NCBI RefSeq assembly: GCF_011386835.1
Contig: NC_088794.1
Location: forward strand, 82,274,001 to 82,338,000
Source: Chrysemys picta bellii
Lineage: Eukaryota
Direction of reading: 5' to 3'
DNA length: 64,000 nt
A program made the position numbers and the translations under genes. Positions within the stretch are counted from its first letter, which is position 1. Every line of letters begins with the position of its first letter. The notes beneath the pieces are model-generated. The model did no database searches. It was not told where the DNA came from and saw only the letters and a list, made by a program, of their open reading frames with translations. Of this stretch, positions 57,481 through 64,000 are shown one piece after another.

Positions 57481-60418
57481 GCCCTGGGCCCTCGCCCCCA
57501 GGCCACGGGCGTTAGGTATGAGAGGCCTGGCTGCGTGTTCATTTGGTCGCTGTCTTCTCCCCATCTGGGATCGGTGCATCAGGGTTGCAGGTCACTAGTC
57601 TGTCCGGGTGCCTGACACGAGGGAGGAGTGAGACACATCTCAGCCCCGTTACATGGATATTTGGGTCATTCTGAGATCAGAACCAGCGAAAACAGCACAG
57701 GCTTCCCTTTATCGTCGTAACATGTCAGCAAGAAGCGTGATCTGCTTCGGAGTATGTCAGTGTACTGGTGATGGTTGTGCAATGTGTTATTTAACACATG
57801 GGCTGAGTATATTTTGTTGTGGAGATGTACTTCATTGCTGTAGAGGCCAAGCTGTGCTTGCCTTTTACGTCATTCTCCCACTTATTGCTTCAGTAGTGGC
57901 AGACTCTTCCCAAACACTCCCTGAGTCAGTAAAGAAGCGAATCTTAGTGGTCCACAAACAATGTTAGTAAGATGAGCTACAGCAGCAGAGAAGTGCACCA
58001 CTTCATGTGTTTCATCTCCATGGTTATATATTCTCCCGAATAGTAGTTAGAACAAGCAGTGGGGTGCTGACCTGTAGTTGGCAATAGTAAACAAGTCTTT
58101 TGTCTGCTCTGAGTCATGATGTTTCTAAATAGGAAGTGAAAAGAGGAATTCTTCACCTTGGGCACCTATGGGTTTTGTGCATGGTGTTTTTAAGTGCTGT
58201 CTTAGAGAAAACTAAGTCATTGGCCATTAACTGTGTTTTGACCAGTTTTGTGATCCCCGCTGAGATGAGGGCAGTTTAAACAGTATATAAATGTCTACTT
58301 TTTCACATAATTGAAGGGAATGCCCTGTGCTCCCCACTATACAAACTACAGACCAATCTCTAAAGAATGTTTATAGCGTGAAAGAACTGGAAAAGATTGG
58401 AACCTGCCTGGAAGCCTGCAGATGGGCGTAATCTTGTTGTTGATGTCTGGCTCAGCTTTTGGAAGGTGTTGGTATGTAATGCTGCACCTCTTTTAATTAG
58501 TAATCCATTCCTGTTCCACTGGTCTGGAAATGCTTCAAATTTGTAGCTGGCCTTGACCTGGCATATAGAATCTTAGATGTTAGAGATGGGAAAGGCCTCT
58601 TATGTCACAGGTAGTTAATCATCAGGGGCCAGTGCAGGATTGTTCTAATGCTTAATCTGTGAGAGTCCTGGTGCCCTCAAACATCACTCAGCTATGTTAA
58701 AAAGCAGCTGGTAAAGGACCGATCCTGGCCCTGAAAAACAGTGTGTTCCAATATTCTATGCTCCAGTGAAGAGTGATGGTAAAAGTGTTAGTCCCAAATT
58801 AGTTCACCCTTCCATTGAGAGTAGGATTTATCACATACTTTAAAGATGTGTTGCTTTAAGGGGGAAGGGAGAGAATTTCTTCCTAAATACTAGAACATTT
58901 TTGAGGAGTTACTTTATTTGTGTGGGTCTAGCTGATCTTGCTACTCTGTCTTGCTGCACAGTAAAAAAATTCTGTGTGCTCCCCCTAAGCTTGGACTCTC
59001 AGTTCTACTAACTTTGCTCAAAACCAGTTCCATGCGGAAGTTACCTTGTTCATGTCACCAGCCCAGTTGGAGCCTTTGGAATCTCACTTCTGACCATGTG
59101 GGAAGGTGCTATGGGCTTTAGAAAAATCTCATAACCTACAGGATGCCCGATTATGTAAAGCTGCTGTGGCTGGTGCATGTTTCACTTTGGGAAACTCCTT
59201 TTCCCCAGTTACTCTGTACAAGTCCCTGAAACCTCAGAGCTATATGATAGCAATAAGCAACTCCCTGTCTCTAACTTTCAGGCATTGTGTGGGCTTGCAC
59301 TTATACACAAACCCTTATCCTCTTCCATTCTCTTCCCCCCCCCACCCCCCCATTCTTAGGGAAATATACTTTGGCTGCTTCTGGGAGGACAGGGATTGGG
59401 GTGGACAGATTTTTTTCGTGTTTTTCCCTCAATTATGGAACTGAAGCAATATTCTGCGTGTGTAATGCCTGTGCGAGGAGCAGAATTTTTAACCTAGTAG
59501 GCATCGAAGTTGTGCTCTCCTAATATTATATAATACTGATATTACTGTCTTGGCTGCCTGCGTATTTGGACAGCCAAGTGGGGATTTACCTTAACAATGC
59601 TGCTGTGCACACACAAGCAGGAGTTCTACACCCAGGCAAGAGCAGGCATAATCTGATCTCCTTCTTTGCACCCCTTCAACATTTGTGTCCAGTTGCAAGG
59701 TTTTAATGAGGGAACAATCACTTGGTTAAAAATCCTCTGCGTGCTCTTTAGAATGTAAAAAGAATTTCTGAATGAGATTTGGGAAATTGTTTGTAGGACT
59801 AACTCATCAGTCACTCATGTTGTGCATCACCGCTTAGTCTTTGAGTGGCAAGATTATTGCTAAATTCTGGCTTCTGATGATGGTTTTTAAAAGCACTACA
59901 TAGCACAACTCGAAAGTACCAAAACTACTAGAAATGCAGAAATTCGGGTACTCAAAACTTTCTGTGAATTTTTGTTCTGGCTTAACTTTAGTTTTCAGGG
60001 CTGCAATCCATCCACAAAACAGGAGTAGCCTGGGTAGAAGGGAGGATTACACTGCTGCACCAGTGACTCACTCCTGGTCTGGGAGGACCGCAGTTTTGTG
60101 TGAGAGGGGTTAGTTAATCTGACCCATTCAATCCTTGGCTTTTCCACCGACACAGTGAATCGGGAGCAACTGTGGTGGTTCTGTTTTGTACTGCGGAAGT
60201 GCCTATAGGATCCAGTCAGGGCCCCATTGACGTAGGCACTATTCTTAGTGATATGGGCATCGTTTACTACGAAATGAATAGGCTGCTTGTGACCCTTTTC
60301 ACATGGGCCATCAAACAACCATAAGCAGGTGAGACTTTGTCACTTCCAACTTAAATTGAAGTAGAAAGACTCCCTATCCATTAATGTCCGCCACTCCAAG
60401 CTGTCTGGTCCCCTGGAT

Positions 60419-61420
60419 CAGAGGTTCCCAAACTCTTTTCCCTCAGGCCCATCAGTGCAGCCGCGATAAGCTCCGTGGCCCACTATTCACACTTCTTGAG
60501 GAAAATTATTAATTTTAATTATTGCATCCATATAAACTATAACACTGTAAATAAACAATGTACATGTTTCCTTTTCTTTTTGTTGTAAACAATTGTAATG
60601 ATAGAAATCCCTAGCAATATGCATTCAAAGAAATGCTTCGGGATCTTTGAAACCAAACAGTTTTAGTAAAACTACAATTTTAAAAAATGTTGAGAGCAAA
60701 ATGTGTCTTAAAACAGGGAAAAGACAATTTTGTATAAAACTGAACAATAAACAACACAACAATGTTAACAAAATTGTTTAAAGTGTGGTTTGTTGATTTT
60801 AAAACAAAATAGTTGTCCAACTTTGAACACTATATTTTTTTTTATTTTTTAGAAATCTGAATCTCTCTGCTGTGTAAGTAAAAACCCAACCCTACTCTCT
60901 AATTAGAAAATAATCAAATATTGTAAATAAAAATATAAAATAAGTTATAACACACTGATGCAACAGGTATTCATCCAAGAATCCAAGCTTCAAGTGTGTC
61001 TTATCGTATTTTCTTACCAGTTTATTTTTTTGGCCAGTTCATTTTGTGTAGTTGTAGATGGTCCAGGACTTTCATTTTCTTCTCCACTAGTGCACCCTTC
61101 TCATTTTCAAAAAATAAAGTGATTCATGTCAGATTACAATACTGTTTGCCACTTTTTTACAGTTGTAAATGGTGGACTGTGTGTACGCTGCTAGGTTATC
61201 TTGGAGTGAAATGCACCGTTGTACTCATGAGAATTAAACTTGACATGTTGCAGCTCTTTTTTTAAATAGTTTTTTCTATACTCTGTCCAACTTATATAGC
61301 TCAAAACATTACATTTACATAGCTTGTACTTAGATTACACAAGTCACATGGAGTTAAAGAATGCAGTTGGGACAGCGGACCACCCGGGACTGTGTCATGA
61401 TCCACCTTTGGGCACTGCTG
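60419..61420 (-). mobile_element. hAT-Charlie element with transposase N-terminal remnant, CRY2 intron 1
   Basis: TIRs CAGAGGTTCCCAAA / TTTGGGCACTGCTG; TSD CCCTGGAT / CGCTGGAT. Minus peptide RKYDKTHLKLGFLDEYLLHQCVI resembles the Charlie BED-finger start. Confidence 0.8.
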
Positions 61421-61814
61421 CGCTGGATAACCTGCTATGAGAATGCACTTTAAATTACATAGGAATTCATTAGGAATCCCATGTTCTCCCTACAGTTACA
61501 TCCCCATAGCCACAATTCTCAATGTATGAGATTATTACACCTGATTGTTAGGCAGAAAGGTGCTATGTAAATATATAATATTAATCGGGACTCAGATTGC
61601 CTCTGTGTAGGAGAGGTTTGTATTTTACTTGCTTTTCTGCCACTCAGTTGGACCAGAGAGCTACATCATAAGGCAGATATGTTAACCCATGTTTTACTTA
61701 ACTCTGTGAAATTTGTCATGTTGGAAATTACATATTGTCTTAGTGCCCATACATGTGTTATGAATTTAATACCTGCATTTATTATTAACCCCCTCAATGC
61801 CTTACTGAGGTAGG

Positions 61815-61965
61815 TGGGGTAAGTATTATTTCCATGTTACAGATGGGGAAACCAAGAAAGAGGGGAACTGAGATATTCAAGGTAACACAGTGAGTAAGCA
61901 GCAGAGCTGGGTGTAGAACCCTGGAATTCCTGTTCTTGAGTCCAGTGCCCCTTCCTTTAAACACT
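61815..61965 (-). mobile_element. MIR-like core
   Basis: CCATGTTACAGATGGGGAAACC...CAAGGTAACACAGTGAGTAAGCAGCAGAGCTGGG. Confidence 0.7.
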
Positions 61966-62149
61966 GTCTTCCTGCTTCACAGGAAATGCATAGACAAGTC
62001 CTTACCACAAAAAGCTTGCAGTTTAAATGATGGACTTGATAGACAAGTGAGGATCTAACAGACCCCAGCGGATCAGAGGCGTGAGGGAGCTCCTGGCTTA
62101 TGAGATATAATTGTTAGCCATACACCCACTGTCAGGCCTACGTGTATGA

Positions 62150-62450
62150 AGACTTCTTAAATTATTGCAAGCACTGGTGTTTTGTGGGTGATGCTGCAGA
62201 AGTGGGCTTTTAGGAGTAGTTTGAATGAGGTGAGGTAGATGTTTGGCACATAAACTTTGGAAGGAATTCCAAGTGTCATGGCATCCTGAAGCTGCCAGTG
62301 AACAAATGAAAAGTTTATTAAGGCTGGCAGCATCACAAAAAAACCATTGACTATGCAAAAGCAGAACATGGCAGAGATGTAGATGGGGAGTTGCTTTTTG
62401 TAGGGCCTTGAAAACAAGGTAAAGAAACTCAAATTTGATATGCAGCATGA
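62150..62450 (-). mobile_element. L2 LINE RT C-terminal remnant
   Basis: Minus peptides IKFEFLYLVFKALQ, TWNSFQ and LTSFKLLLKAHF resemble the end of L2 ORF2. Confidence 0.6.
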
Positions 62451-63726
62451 TTTAAATCATGATTTAATTGAGTAAGCAGGAAATCTTGATTTAAGTAATT
62501 TTAATCATGTTTTGCATTTGTACTTAGTTTTTTTGTTTGTTTGATTCTCATTGGCTGACTTTAAAACATGTTGATTTCTTACTACGTATAGCCTTTACAC
62601 TAAATTAGGTACTGCTATTTGCTTACCAGGAGGATACACTCTCTCTATGCATATTAATTTAAGTAGTTGTATAGCTTACATACATTTATTCAGATTTTTA
62701 ATTTTTGTCAGAAAATGGTGAATGACGTATTTCCTATTTACTTGATTTTTACTTGTGATTTGTATCAAGCTGGAAATTTAGAATTCAATTTAAAATGCAC
62801 AAAAACAGCATTTTAAACTTGTTCTATTAGTTAAATAAAAGTACCTTAACTCTGCTGGATATACAAGAATGAAAAGTGTATCCAATTTTGTAACTGGACT
62901 ATTATACAAAGGAAGCATTAGCTATAGTTAGTGAAGTGATGTGTGTGAAACATAAGGTCAAAACACTTTGTGAGAGACAATTTTTGGCAGCAGCTTTTGG
63001 GGCTGAGTCAGGGGTGAAGTTAGTATCCCAGGAATGAAAGGAGATGCAGTGTGGACAAATGACCTAGTTGTCAAGGTCACAGTGGAATACAAATTTATAG
63101 CACAGTTGCAGCTGTCCTGGGTACTGATGCTGCATCTCTGAAGTCTTGGTTGTATGTTTGGCCTCTGTTACTGATGGGATAGAAATGTTTGTGTCACTTT
63201 GTGCTGTGCATGGCCTGTACCTACCCAGCACTGTCATCTTTGGGGTAATCTGTGGAACACTGCTTTGAAATAGGAGACTGGAGGAGAGAGACCATATTAT
63301 TTCACATCTAAAATTCCTCCAGCGGAGGATTATTCTCTCCAATATATTCTGCCCGATGCTATGTTGTCTGAAGTTCTCCACATAGCTATTACCATGTCTG
63401 GGAAGACTCAGTTTGAAGGACGCTCTAACTGCCAGATGGGCATTAAAAGCCTGGAGAGTAACTATCCTCAGTAGACAGGATTACAAGAGCAAGAAGGACC
63501 TGGAGAGCTCTTGCACATCTTGCATTTGTCTGTGCTGTGTTGGTAGGGAATTGTCTGTCACAGCCATCTCTCTGTTCTCTGTCTCCCAACTGTTGGACTG
63601 AGCAGAATTCTTGGAAGTTGTATTTCCTGGCTTAACATTTATCTCAGAGAGCTGAATTGAATCTTAGGTTTGCTGGCTGTGTGATCTTGAGCTATACTGA
63701 TAACTAGGTTTGTTTCTCCTCCACAG

Positions 63727-63835
63727 GTTCCTACTCCAGTCCCTGGAAGACTTGGACAACAGTTTAAGAAAACTCGGCTCCTGCTTGTTTGTGGTACGAG
63801 GGCAGCCAACAGATGTCTTCCCAAGACTTTTCAAA
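63727..63835 (+). CDS. CRY2: Cryptochrome 2, coding exon 2 (109 nt); gene continues past window end
   Basis: Acceptor CTCCACAG| and donor AAA|GTAAGC. Reads (R)[36 protein letters not shown], in phase with exon 1. Intron 1 is 6629 bp. Confidence 0.95.
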
Positions 63836-64000
63836 GTAAGCGGCTAAACATGTCTTCTATATCTTGGTCAGGAAGACATAAGATCCCATTTGGGGATCCT
63901 CGTTTTTACTCCTTATGTTCTTGTACCCTAGTCACTGATGGTCACCGGGTTGCTTTCCAGCCCTGTTTGATTTTAAATCAGCATGCACGATACCTGATTT

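Noticed and set aside
56463-57615. Long ORFs (359 aa minus, 259 aa plus) over the CRY2 island
   Set aside because: GC-rich low-complexity artefacts; only the CRY2 frame has homology and splice sites.
62940-62952. AGGTCA half-site as a RORE
   Set aside because: The 5' extension (ACATA) does not fit AWNT.

Overview
Vertebrate genomic DNA, very probably a turtle (inferred from PsCR1-like CR1 LINEs, tortoise-type tRNA/CR1 SINEs and a Neptune-type Penelope element). About 50.8 kb of intergenic DNA is followed by two + strand genes, each under a CpG island. SLC35C1 (GDP-fucose transporter) has a complete CDS of 2 exons and 369 aa. CRY2 (cryptochrome 2) is represented by coding exons 1-2 and continues beyond the window. 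The rest is a layered, often nested set of mobile elements: about 17 hAT-type insertions with 8-bp target-site duplications (TSDs), PIF/Harbinger MITEs, CR1, L2, MIR-like and tRNA/5S-derived SINEs, two Penelope-like insertions and three TG..CA elements. No new protein-coding system, CRISPR array or true RNA gene is supported. Best leads: (1) a 191-bp TG..CA element with a 4-bp TSD carrying a tRNA-like Pol III cassette; (2) two minimal Penelope hammerhead ribozymes, one with an intact core; (3) Gly and Cys substitutions flanking the CRY AMPK-site serine; (4) a splice acceptor that deletes the first ATG of SLC35C1; (5) a fold-back hAT with about 600-bp inverted arms; (6) a perfect 29-bp stem in the SLC35C1 3' UTR. 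Family names come from recognition by eye and were not database-verified.
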